Made by a program: the position numbers and the translations under genes
Notes under the pieces: model-generated
The model's input: the letters and a program-made list of their open reading frames with translations, nothing else
Database searches by the model: none
Told to the model about the DNA's origin: nothing
From: Elusimicrobiales bacterium
GTDB taxonomy: Bacteria; Elusimicrobiota; Elusimicrobia; Elusimicrobiales; UBA9959
DNA length: 64,000 bases
Direction: 5' to 3'
NCBI GenBank assembly: GCA_049972095.1
Contig: JBMFKQ010000003.1
Coordinates: forward strand, 23,613 to 87,612
Shown here: positions 49,522 through 58,735 of the stretch, one piece after another
Layout: each line of letters opens with the position of its first letter
How positions within the stretch are numbered: the stretch's first letter is position 1

Positions 49522-51306
49522 ATGTTTGTTCACCCTGAGAAATTTGACATAATAGTTATCGGTGCAGGGCATGCTGGATGTGAAGCAGCACTAATTGCTA
49601 CAAGAATGGGAGCAAATGTTCTTTTATTAACACAGAACCTTGACACAATAGCTCAGATGAGCTGTAATCCTTCAATAGGTGGTGTTGGGAAAGGTCAGCT
49701 TGTAAAAGAGATAGATGCTCTTGGTGGATATATGGCAATAAACACAGATTTAGCATCTCTTAACTATCATATGCTTAATACATCAAGAGGTCCTGCTGTA
49801 AGATCTCCAAGGGCACAGTGTGACAAGAAGCTTTACCATATATATATGAAAAAAAAGATTGAAACAACAAAAAGACTTCATCCTTTGCAGGATGAGGCAA
49901 GATCATTATTTATAAATGGCTCAAAGCTTTGCGGTGTTATAAGTATTAGAAACAATGTATATCTATCCGATGCAGTAATAGTAACAGCGGGGACATTTCT
50001 AAAAGGTGTAATTCATATAGGGGAGTTTTCATCAAAGGGCGGTAGATATAATGAGCCACCATCAGATTATCTCTCAGATGATATAGAAAAACTTGGAATA
50101 AAAAAACTCAGAATGAAGACAGGCACTCCTATGCGACTGAACTCATTAGGTATAAAGTTTGAACTCTGTCAGATTCAACCATCTGATGAACCACCTTTTT
50201 CTTTTTCCATATTTAGTGACATCACAAAAATAAGGAATAAAAGATATCTTCCATGCTGGATAACAAGAACAACAGATGAAACATTTGATATAATAAGCTC
50301 AAATCTTCACAAAAGTGCTCTCTACTCAGGAAGAATAAAATCAATAGGTCCAAGATACTGTCCCTCAATAGAGGATAAGATTCACAAGTTTCCTCATCAC
50401 AAAACCCATCACATATTTCTTGAACCCGAAGGCTTTGAAACACTTGAATACTATGTCAACGGGCTTTCAACAAGCCTAAGTGAGGATGTTCAAAAAAAGA
50501 TTATACGCTCAATACCATCAATCAGAGATGCTCAAATCATAAGGCCTGGATATGCAATAGAGTATGATCTTTTTGATCCAACACAGTTAAAACATACACT
50601 TGAATCAAAAATAGTTGAAAATCTTTTTTTTGCAGGTCAGGTAAACGGAACAACAGGGTATGAGGAGGCAGCTGCTCAAGGTCTTATTGCTGGAATAAAT
50701 GCGGTTTTAAAACTTAGAGGTAAAAAGCCTTTTATACTTTCAAGAGAAGAATCTTACATTGGTGTTATGATAGACGACCTTGTTGTAAAGGGTGTTGATG
50801 AGCCATACAGAATATTCACATCAAGAGCGGAATTTAGGATACTTCTTAGGCAAGATAACGCTGATTTGAGGTTATGCAAATATGCTTTTGATCTTGGTAT
50901 ATTCTCTAATGAGCTTTGCGAGAGGTTCAAAAAGTATAATGAGATATATGAAAAGTTAGTTTCAAATCCTGATGCAGATATAAAACTCAATTGTGATATA
51001 TCGCCATGGAATGTTGAAAATGCAAGAACTGCTGCAAAAAATCATATCTTCTACTCAGCGTATATTGAAAGATACAAGAGAGAGATAGAAAAGATGAGCA
51101 AGCTTGATTCAATAAAAATACCAGCTGACTTTGACTACTCGTCAATAAAAGAGCTTTCAATAGAAACTAAACAGAAGCTCTCAAGGCTAAAACCCTCTAC
51201 TCTTGCCGAGGCATATAGAATACCAGGAATAACATATACAGATATACAACTCATATGGATAATACTGGAAAAAGAAAAATATGAAAAGGCTAAAAGAGAT
51301 TCTTGA
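49522..51306 (+). CDS. mnmG: tRNA uridine-5-carboxymethylaminomethyl synthesis enzyme MnmG (GidA)
   Basis: GAGHAG, MSCNPSIGG, GPRYCPSIEDK, GQVNGTTGYEEA. Confidence 0.98.
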   Translation: MFVHPEKFDIIVIGAGHAGCEAALIATRMGANVLLLTQNLDTIAQMSCNPSIGGVGKGQLVKEIDALGGYMAINTDLASLNYHMLNTSRGPAVRSPRAQCDKKLYHIYMKKKIETTKRLHPLQDEARSLFINGSKLCGVISIRNNVYLSDAVIVTAGTFLKGVIHIGEFSSKGGRYNEPPSDYLSDDIEKLGIKKLRMKTGTPMRLNSLGIKFELCQIQPSDEPPFSFSIFSDITKIRNKRYLPCWITRTTDETFDIISSNLHKSALYSGRIKSIGPRYCPSIEDKIHKFPHHKTHHIFLEPEGFETLEYYVNGLSTSLSEDVQKKIIRSIPSIRDAQIIRPGYAIEYDLFDPTQLKHTLESKIVENLFFAGQVNGTTGYEEAAAQGLIAGINAVLKLRGKKPFILSREESYIGVMIDDLVVKGVDEPYRIFTSRAEFRILLRQDNADLRLCKYAFDLGIFSNELCERFKKYNEIYEKLVSNPDADIKLNCDISPWNVENARTAAKNHIFYSAYIERYKREIEKMSKLDSIKIPADFDYSSIKELSIETKQKLSRLKPSTLAEAYRIPGITYTDIQLIWIILEKEKYEKAKRDS

Positions 51307-51904
51307 GAACCTCAAAATAACCTTGAGTGAAAAAAAGATTATTCTAATCGAGGATTATATAGAAGAGATAATAAACAAGAACGAAATTGTAGGACTGATA
51401 TCAAAGAATGACATCCAGCTCATATATGAAAGGCACATAGCTGATTCACTTATACCGCTATTATCAGAAGAGATCTCAAAACTTTTTAATAATGTCAATG
51501 CACTTGATATTGGAAGCGGAGGTGGTTTTCCATCAGTTGTTCTTGCAATCGCATTTGAAAAAACTTGTTTTTATGCAGCTGAGTCAAACAGAAAAAAATA
51601 TGAGTTTCTTTTATGGATAAAACACAAGCTCAAACTTGAAAATTTTCACCCTCTAAATGAAAGGATAACTATATCGCATTCCTGTAGATATCATATCATA
51701 ACCCAGCGTGCCACAGGGAAATTTGAAACAGTTCTAAAAATTGCACTGCCTTTACTTTTACCTGAGGGTTATTTTATCTCATGGCTTTCATCACAGGATG
51801 CTGAAAAAAACAAAAAAATTTTTAATTTTATATATAATTATAGTTTGGAAGGAAGAAATATGGCTCTTTGTGTTATAAAAAAGAATAAAAACTCAAGCTC
51901 ATAA
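51281..51904 (+). CDS. rsmG: 16S rRNA (guanine527-N7)-methyltransferase (GidB)
   Basis: RHIADSL, LDIGSGGGFP, RA motif; follows mnmG. Confidence 0.93.
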   Translation: MKRLKEILENLKITLSEKKIILIEDYIEEIINKNEIVGLISKNDIQLIYERHIADSLIPLLSEEISKLFNNVNALDIGSGGGFPSVVLAIAFEKTCFYAAESNRKKYEFLLWIKHKLKLENFHPLNERITISHSCRYHIITQRATGKFETVLKIALPLLLPEGYFISWLSSQDAEKNKKIFNFIYNYSLEGRNMALCVIKKNKNSSS

Positions 51905-51924
51905 AATACTAAGCAGGGAGAATT

Positions 51925-52428
51925 ATGCACACATTTAACACAATATTTACACCTTTTGGGATTATTCTTGTTATTTTTGCAGTTATATTTTCACAACCAG
52001 AGAAAAAGGACACAATTTTAAGTATAGCTACACTTACATTTCAATTTGTTGTGAACTATTACATGTCCAAGAATATCTACCATTTTCCTAAACCTCAGGT
52101 TTTGAGAAAGATACTTGTTATGTTTAATATTATCACGACATCTGTGGTTTTTTATCTTCTTCAATCATACTGGGCACCAGTATGGCTTTTATATACAATG
52201 CCATCAATCTTTGCCTCAACATTTCTCACCACAAGACAAACAATTCTGTTTTCTGTTATCTCAGCCTCTCTAATGCTTTTAGCCTACTACATTAAAGCAT
52301 TCATACTTGACATAGAACTATCGCCAACGATAATAACAATGGCTCTTTGTCATTCACTTTTTATAATTGCAGTATCAGTTTTTGTAAATACGCTTTGTGA
52401 GGCTATTGTCAAGATAAGAAAGATTTAA
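51925..52428 (+). CDS. Hypothetical membrane protein (about five TM segments)
   Basis: SD GGGAG, hydrophobic 167-aa ORF. Confidence 0.7.
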   Translation: MHTFNTIFTPFGIILVIFAVIFSQPEKKDTILSIATLTFQFVVNYYMSKNIYHFPKPQVLRKILVMFNIITTSVVFYLLQSYWAPVWLLYTMPSIFASTFLTTRQTILFSVISASLMLLAYYIKAFILDIELSPTIITMALCHSLFIIAVSVFVNTLCEAIVKIRKI

Positions 52429-52430
52429 AA

Positions 52431-53507
52431 ATGGATATAATCTATCGGCTCAGAATAATATTTTGGTTTCTAATCATATTGATATGGGCAATATATCTAT
52501 ACCAATACATAAGTGAGGACCTTGAAAAAGAAAGGAAAACAAAGATAATTCTAAGTGGAGATAAGAGGAGCCTGCCAATACAAAAAAAAACTCAACCCCC
52601 TTCTTTAAAAATACACAATGAGTTTTATACCTTTGAAGAAAAATTAGAAAAACAAGAGCTTCAAAAAAAAGAAGACTTTCAACCACGCATAGCAATAGCA
52701 AAGACAGATGATATATCCCTTCCTCAATCGCATCTGAAAGAAGAGTTTATAAAGGAAGTTAAAAAAGAAAAGAAAAGCGAGATTCCGAAAGGATTCATTT
52801 TTAAAAAAACAAGACATTTCAATCTCTATATTGAAGAGGGTATTGAACCGGATGAAATAGAAAAAGAGGTTGAAGCACTTCATGGAGAGATGATGCTTGA
52901 GCTTATTGCATTTTCTCCATGGAGTCGTGATGAGAGGGTTGATATTTATTTAGCTTTAAATCCACTAAAATATCAGGAGCTTTCAGGAAGGCCAGGCTGG
53001 TCAGGTGGAGCAGCAAATTTAAAAGAAAGAAAGATATATCTTTATAAATCTCATGAATGGACAGGAATTTTAGCTCATGAGCTTACTCATATATACTTTG
53101 ATAGTTTCTTTGGTGGTTATGATAAAAGCCCTCTTTGGTTAAGTGAGGGAATGGCTGTATATATACAGATTCAGTATGGTGGTTCAAAACCGATGTGGAT
53201 ACAAGAAAATCTAAAAAGGCTTGTTAATGGTAATTACTACAGGATAAAGGATTTGATTGAAACCAGATCGCTTGATGATATGAATGAGAAAAATGTAAAA
53301 CTATGGTATACTCAAGTCTATACAGTTGTATATCTTCTTTTGAAGATACAGCAGAAAGATGAGTTTTACCAATTTTGCAGACTTATAAAGGAAGGAAATA
53401 GCACATCAAAATCACTTTATCTTGCCTATGGTAAACCATATATAACACTGAATGCACTTGAAAGTGTGTGGAAATTTGAGGTAAAAAAAATCTATGGTTC
53501 AATATAG
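52431..53507 (+). CDS. Membrane-anchored gluzincin (peptidase MA-like) metalloprotease
   Basis: N-terminal TM segment, HELTH followed by PLWLSEGMA (HExxH..E). Confidence 0.78.
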   Translation: MDIIYRLRIIFWFLIILIWAIYLYQYISEDLEKERKTKIILSGDKRSLPIQKKTQPPSLKIHNEFYTFEEKLEKQELQKKEDFQPRIAIAKTDDISLPQSHLKEEFIKEVKKEKKSEIPKGFIFKKTRHFNLYIEEGIEPDEIEKEVEALHGEMMLELIAFSPWSRDERVDIYLALNPLKYQELSGRPGWSGGAANLKERKIYLYKSHEWTGILAHELTHIYFDSFFGGYDKSPLWLSEGMAVYIQIQYGGSKPMWIQENLKRLVNGNYYRIKDLIETRSLDDMNEKNVKLWYTQVYTVVYLLLKIQQKDEFYQFCRLIKEGNSTSKSLYLAYGKPYITLNALESVWKFEVKKIYGSI

Positions 53508-53629
53508 AGGATAGATGTAAGAATAACTGTAAAGAGAAATAGCAATTTTAAATTAAAGCATTGTCTTATCTTGTTGTTCATCACTCTAATAAAAATTATT
53601 CCATAAACATATTTCAGGAACTAAAGGTC

Positions 53630-53658
53630 TTGACAAATTAAAATTTATCATCTATACT
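53630..53658 (+). promoter_or_regulatory. dcw (Pmra) sigma70 promoter
   Basis: TTGACA (53630-35), 17-nt spacer, TATACT (53653-58). Confidence 0.85.
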
Positions 53659-53670
53659 ATTTTTTTTATG

Positions 53671-53710
53671 GTGGTGAAAAGTGGTTAGAAGTGTTTAAAA
53701 ATGTTTAAAG
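53671..53710 (+). promoter_or_regulatory. MraZ-binding direct repeats with 10-nt period
   Basis: GTGGTGAAAA GTGGTTAGAA GTGTTTAAAA ATGTTTAAAG between the promoter and the mraZ start. Confidence 0.8.
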
Positions 53711-53717
53711 GGGTAGG

Positions 53718-54167
53718 ATGTCATCCTTCTATGGAGAGTATCAGTTTGTCATAGACCAGAAAAATAGGGTTTTTATCCCAGCAAAGTTTAGAGATGAACT
53801 TAAAAAAGAAAAAGCAAAAAAATTTATGATAACAATTGGGCTTGATGGATGTTTGTATATCTTTCCACCATCAACATGGCACCAGCTTATGAAAAACAAT
53901 ATGGAGATTTTCAGATCAGAAAATAAAGAGGAGGAAAGGGCATTTAAAAGATTTTTCTTCTCAAATGCATGTGAGCTTGATATAGATGAACAGGGTAGGA
54001 TATTAATACCAAACTCTCACAGAGGTTATGCTTCAATAAACAGAGATGTTGTCATAATAGGAGCAGGAAACAAGATAGAAATTTGGGCAAAAGAAAAATG
54101 GCAGGATTATTCAGAAAAAAAGATAAAAAAATCTATCAAGAAATTTTCAAAGATACTTGATATATGA
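53718..54167 (+). CDS. mraZ: Transcriptional regulator MraZ
   Basis: F.GEY..ID.KNR..IP..FR, D.QGRILIP, EIW. Confidence 0.97.
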   Translation: MSSFYGEYQFVIDQKNRVFIPAKFRDELKKEKAKKFMITIGLDGCLYIFPPSTWHQLMKNNMEIFRSENKEEERAFKRFFFSNACELDIDEQGRILIPNSHRGYASINRDVVIIGAGNKIEIWAKEKWQDYSEKKIKKSIKKFSKILDI

Positions 54168-55072
54168 TAACTATGGATGAAAAATATACTCACACATCAG
54201 TAATGGCAGAAGAGGTGAGAAAGCTTCTTGTAACTGACAAAGGAGGTATATATGTTGATGCAACTGTTGGAATGGGAGGGCATTCAAAGGAGATTTTGAA
54301 GGTTCTTGATGATGAGGGAAAAATTATAGGTATAGATTGGGATCCTGAGATGCTTAACATCGCACAGCACAATCTTAAAGAATATGGCAAGAAAGTAAAA
54401 CTCATTGGAGGTAATTTTGCAAATATTGATGATCTTCTCAAAAAAGAAGGGATATACAACATAACAGGGCTTCTTCTCGATCTTGGAATAAGCCTGCTTC
54501 ATTTTAACAAACCATCAAGGGGGTTTAGCTTTAGAAAAGAGGGTCCCCTTGATATGCGGATAAACCCTGCAAACCCCCTTACCGCTTACAGTATAATAAA
54601 CAGCTGGCCATACCAGCAGATAGAACATCTAATTAGAATATGTGGAGAAAGATTTTCACAAAGAATAGCAAAGGCAATAATTGATGTACGGGAGAAAAAA
54701 GAAATAAAAACAACCACCCAGCTTGCTGAGATAATCAGCTCAGCAATACCTCAAAAGGTTCAAGGAAAAAGGCATTCTCACCCTGCTACAAAGACATTTT
54801 TAGCTCTGAGAGTTGCAGTTAATTATGAGTTTGAAAATCTAACAAAAGTTCTTCAGAAGGTTGTGCATATGCTTGTGCCAGGCGGCAGGATAGCAGTTAT
54901 AACCTTCCACTCACTTGAAGATAGAATAGTAAAGGAGACCTTTAGATTTATGGCAAAGATGGGTGGGTGGAAGATTATTACAAAAAAGCCGTTAACTCCA
55001 TCAGAAACTGAGGTAGTAAATAATCCTCGTTCAAGAAGTGCAAAACTAAGAGTCATAGAAAAATTAAAATAG
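54164..55072 (+). CDS. rsmH: 16S rRNA (cytosine1402-N4)-methyltransferase
   Basis: DATVGMGGHS, DLG.S, PLDMR, FHSLEDR, NPRSRSAKLR. Confidence 0.98.
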   Translation: MITMDEKYTHTSVMAEEVRKLLVTDKGGIYVDATVGMGGHSKEILKVLDDEGKIIGIDWDPEMLNIAQHNLKEYGKKVKLIGGNFANIDDLLKKEGIYNITGLLLDLGISLLHFNKPSRGFSFRKEGPLDMRINPANPLTAYSIINSWPYQQIEHLIRICGERFSQRIAKAIIDVREKKEIKTTTQLAEIISSAIPQKVQGKRHSHPATKTFLALRVAVNYEFENLTKVLQKVVHMLVPGGRIAVITFHSLEDRIVKETFRFMAKMGGWKIITKKPLTPSETEVVNNPRSRSAKLRVIEKLK

Positions 55073-55084
55073 AAAGGAGGGCTA

Positions 55085-55225
55085 ATGAAAACCTCAAGGA
55101 TAATAAAAAAGATCAAAAAAAACCTCGTTTCATCGATTAGAGAAAAAAATTCACTAACCCCCTCAAAGATATTCTACATATGGAATAAGAACACCCTAAC
55201 CAAGGTTGAAACATTTATAATATGA
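55085..55225 (+). CDS. Putative 46-aa basic small protein (not in the ORF track)
   Basis: SD AAAGGAGG at 55073-80; MKTSRIIKKIKKNLVSSIREKNSLTPSKIFYIWNKNTLTKVETFII; fills the rsmH-ftsL gap. Confidence 0.55.
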   Translation: MKTSRIIKKIKKNLVSSIREKNSLTPSKIFYIWNKNTLTKVETFII

Positions 55226-55235
55226 GAGGAAGATT

Positions 55236-55559
55236 ATGAAAAAGTTTTTTTTAAGATTTATATGGCTTTTTCTTTTCCCTATCATAATAACAAACTTGAA
55301 CCTCAAAACAGTTTATAGAATAAATATACTCAATCGTAAAATAAAAGAATTAGAGAGGGAAAATGTATATATAAAGAAAAAGATCTTTGAGCAGACAAGT
55401 TTAGTAGAAATTCAAAAAAAAGCACTTGCTATGGGATTTGATGTGGCTGAACCATCAACAATAATCATAATAGAGAAGCAAACTTCTAAAAAACTTTTTG
55501 CTAATGCTGGTATAATTAAGACTATATCACATCTTATCTTTGAAACTCAAAAAACATAA
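55236..55559 (+). CDS. ftsL: Cell division protein FtsL-like
   Basis: N-terminal TM segment, coiled coil, KKA..MGF..P; position before ftsI. Confidence 0.7.
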   Translation: MKKFFLRFIWLFLFPIIITNLNLKTVYRINILNRKIKELERENVYIKKKIFEQTSLVEIQKKALAMGFDVAEPSTIIIIEKQTSKKLFANAGIIKTISHLIFETQKT

Positions 55560-55564
55560 TTTGA

Positions 55565-57235
55565 ATGTTTTTACAAAAACCACGAATTATAATAATTCTA
55601 TTTTTCTTTATTGTATTTTCAACGCTGATAATAATAAGATTCTTTTATCTTCAAATAATAAAACACACAGAACTTGAATCATATGCAAAAAGAGAATACA
55701 TAAGGAAAATTCAAGAATTTAGTCCAAGAGGAAAAATATATGATGCAAACGGAAATATTCTTGCAGATTCAATAATAACATGGGATGTTGTGATAACAAC
55801 ATCTCAAATCTCTCATAGTGAGATTGAAACAATCTCAAAAGTTACAGGGATAAGATTAGATGAAATCAAAAAGAAAATAAAACCAAACACCAGATATCTC
55901 AAAATAAAAAAGGGAATAAATAAGGAATCCTATGATATATTGAAAAATATCAAATCTATCTATTTAGAGCCACATCAGTCAAGGATATATCCTCAGGACT
56001 GTGCGAGAGAGATAATAGGAATGTCAAATGAAAACGCAGGTCTTTCAGGGATAGAGCTCATATATGATAGATATTTGAGGGGAAATATAACTGTAAAAGA
56101 GATAGTAAAGGATATAAAAGGAAATGTAATAAAATCTAATGAAAAGGAGATTAATGATAGACCATTTGATATCTACCTTACAATTGAACACGAGATCCAA
56201 AGCATAGTTGAACAAATAATAGAAAAACATTTTACAAGCCTCAATGCTGAAAGGATAATAGCAATTGTTCAAGACTCAAAAACAGGGGCTATAGTTGCAG
56301 CATCTTCATATCCTCCAAATTATATAAACTTTATGCCCTTTGAATATGTTTATGAGCCAGGCTCTACAATAAAAACAATTATTCTATCCGCAGGTTTCGA
56401 AGAAAATGTTATATCAGAGAACGATTTTTTTGACTGTGAAAATGGATCATGGAAGATAAACCAAAAATACACAATAACCGACCATGAGAAACTTGGTGTT
56501 ATTTCGCTAATTGATGTATATACACATTCATCTAATATAGGATTTGGCAAAATAGGGCTTAAGATTGGCATAAAGAGGCTTTATCCATATATAAAAAAGT
56601 TTGGATTGGGAACTAAGTATACACAATTTCCAGGTGAATCAAAGGGGATAATAAAAGAGATTAATAAATATAAAGATACAGAGCTCATTACAACATCATA
56701 TGGATATGGCATTGCCATAACACCACTTCAACTTATAAATGCATACACAGCAATTGCAAATAGAGGAGAGCTTCTTAATCCATATTTTATAGCGTGCATA
56801 AGAAGGGACAAAGAATATGAGATTCAAAGCACTCAAAGAAATGTAATAAGAAAAGTCATAAGCCCTCAAACAGCAGAAAGAGTTATAAAAATGATGGTAG
56901 ATGTTGTTGAAAATGGCACAGGAATAAACGCCAGAATAAACGGATATACAGTCGCAGGAAAAACTGGAACAGCAAATAAGCTTGATCTTAAAACAGCAAA
57001 GTATATAAAAGATGTTAATGTTGGATCCTTTTGTGGTTTTTTCCCTGCATCAAGACCTTTTTATACCATCCTGATAATAGTTGATAGCTCAAAAAAATTT
57101 AAATATGGTGGTCAAAGTGCTGCACCAATTTTTAGGGATATTGCAAAGCAGATAATAAGCATAAAAAGTATTAAACCTGATAGACCATTTGATACTGAGA
57201 AAAATGAAAATAAAAAAGGTATTGTTCTTAACTGA
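55565..57235 (+). CDS. ftsI: Class B penicillin-binding protein (FtsI/PBP3)
   Basis: PRGKIYD, EPGSTIK (SxxK), SSN, GKTGTA. Confidence 0.92.
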   Translation: MFLQKPRIIIILFFFIVFSTLIIIRFFYLQIIKHTELESYAKREYIRKIQEFSPRGKIYDANGNILADSIITWDVVITTSQISHSEIETISKVTGIRLDEIKKKIKPNTRYLKIKKGINKESYDILKNIKSIYLEPHQSRIYPQDCAREIIGMSNENAGLSGIELIYDRYLRGNITVKEIVKDIKGNVIKSNEKEINDRPFDIYLTIEHEIQSIVEQIIEKHFTSLNAERIIAIVQDSKTGAIVAASSYPPNYINFMPFEYVYEPGSTIKTIILSAGFEENVISENDFFDCENGSWKINQKYTITDHEKLGVISLIDVYTHSSNIGFGKIGLKIGIKRLYPYIKKFGLGTKYTQFPGESKGIIKEINKYKDTELITTSYGYGIAITPLQLINAYTAIANRGELLNPYFIACIRRDKEYEIQSTQRNVIRKVISPQTAERVIKMMVDVVENGTGINARINGYTVAGKTGTANKLDLKTAKYIKDVNVGSFCGFFPASRPFYTILIIVDSSKKFKYGGQSAAPIFRDIAKQIISIKSIKPDRPFDTEKNENKKGIVLN

Positions 57236-57259
57236 TGAGCCAATTGATAAAATTTAATT

Positions 57260-58732
57260 ATGAGAATATCTGAACTTTTCTTAAACACTGGTGCAAAGCC
57301 TGAAATCGACTGCGAGGTATCAGGTATATCAATAAACTCAAAAAGTGTAAAAAAGGGATATATTTTTTTTGCACTTGAAGGTGAAAAAACAAATGGCTTG
57401 TTTTTTGTAGAGGAGGCATTTAAAAATGGATCAGTTGCAGCGGTTGTCAAAAAGGAAAGCAAAATTTCTGGGAAAAATATAATAAAGGTTGATGATGTTA
57501 ATAGAACACTTGCACTTGTCTCATCAAGATTTTATTTAGACCCTTCATCAAAGATGAAAACTGTTGGAATTACAGGGACAAAAGGAAAAACATCAACACT
57601 CTTTTTTTTAGAACAGATTTTAAATCATGCTGGTTATAACTGCGGTGTGATAGGAACTATAAACTACAAAACACATAAAAGAGTTATAATGGACTCACCA
57701 AACACAACACCTTATCCACCACTTCTTGATGAGGTGATGAAGATGTTTGTAGAGGATGGTTGTGAGATATGTCTGATGGAAGTATCATCTCATGCTTTGA
57801 AGCTTAAAAAAGTTGATGCTGTTAAATTTGATTGTGCTGTTTTTACGAACCTTCAATCTGATCATCTTGATTTTCATATAACCCATAATGATTACAAAAA
57901 ATCAAAGATAAGGCTCTTTGAGCTTATTGAAAGTTCACCAAAACCTAAAAGATATGCTGTTTTAAATTTAGATGATCCACTTTCTATTGAAATATCAAAA
58001 ATGCTTAAAAACATTGATATAATATCATTCTCTCTATCAAAAAAAGCAGATATTATTGCGTGTGATATACACACATCTGAAAACTCAACCTTATTTACAC
58101 TATTATTTTCAGGAAAGAAACTGAGACTAAAAACAGAGATTATTGGCACTCACAATGTATACAATATTCTTGCCGCATCAGCAGCTGCATTATCCTTTGG
58201 AGTTGATCCTAAGGATATAGCCTCATCAATACCTCTCCTAAAACCTGTAAAAGGAAGGCTTGAAAGGATAAGATCTTCAAAAGGTTTTACCGTTTATATA
58301 GACTACGCTCATACAGAGAAATCTCTTATGGAGATCTTAAATACCTTGTCATCACTTCCTCACAGGAAAATAATCACCGTATTTGGCTGTGGAGGTGATA
58401 GGGATAAAACCAAGCGACTGCCAATGGGAAGGGTTGCATCAGAAATGAGTGATTTTGTTATAATCACATCAGACAATCCAAGAACTGAAGATCCTCTTGA
58501 GATAATAAAGGATATAGAAAAAGGGGTAAGAGAAACTAAAAAGAATAACTATGATATAATACCAGACAGATCAATAGCAATAGAAAAGGCTATTTCTATT
58601 GCATGCGAGAAGGATATAGTTTTAGTTGCAGGAAAGGGTCATGAAGAATATCAAATAATCAACAATGAGAGGAGATACTTTAGTGATAGGCAGGAAATAG
58701 AGAATGCAATGAAAAAACTTAATAAGTTATAA
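57260..58732 (+). CDS. murE: UDP-MurNAc-tripeptide synthetase (mDAP-type)
   Basis: GITGTKGKT, MEVSSH, DHLDFH, DYAH, DNPR, AGKGHE. Confidence 0.97.
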   Translation: MRISELFLNTGAKPEIDCEVSGISINSKSVKKGYIFFALEGEKTNGLFFVEEAFKNGSVAAVVKKESKISGKNIIKVDDVNRTLALVSSRFYLDPSSKMKTVGITGTKGKTSTLFFLEQILNHAGYNCGVIGTINYKTHKRVIMDSPNTTPYPPLLDEVMKMFVEDGCEICLMEVSSHALKLKKVDAVKFDCAVFTNLQSDHLDFHITHNDYKKSKIRLFELIESSPKPKRYAVLNLDDPLSIEISKMLKNIDIISFSLSKKADIIACDIHTSENSTLFTLLFSGKKLRLKTEIIGTHNVYNILAASAAALSFGVDPKDIASSIPLLKPVKGRLERIRSSKGFTVYIDYAHTEKSLMEILNTLSSLPHRKIITVFGCGGDRDKTKRLPMGRVASEMSDFVIITSDNPRTEDPLEIIKDIEKGVRETKKNNYDIIPDRSIAIEKAISIACEKDIVLVAGKGHEEYQIINNERRYFSDRQEIENAMKKLNKL

Positions 58733-58735
58733 AAT

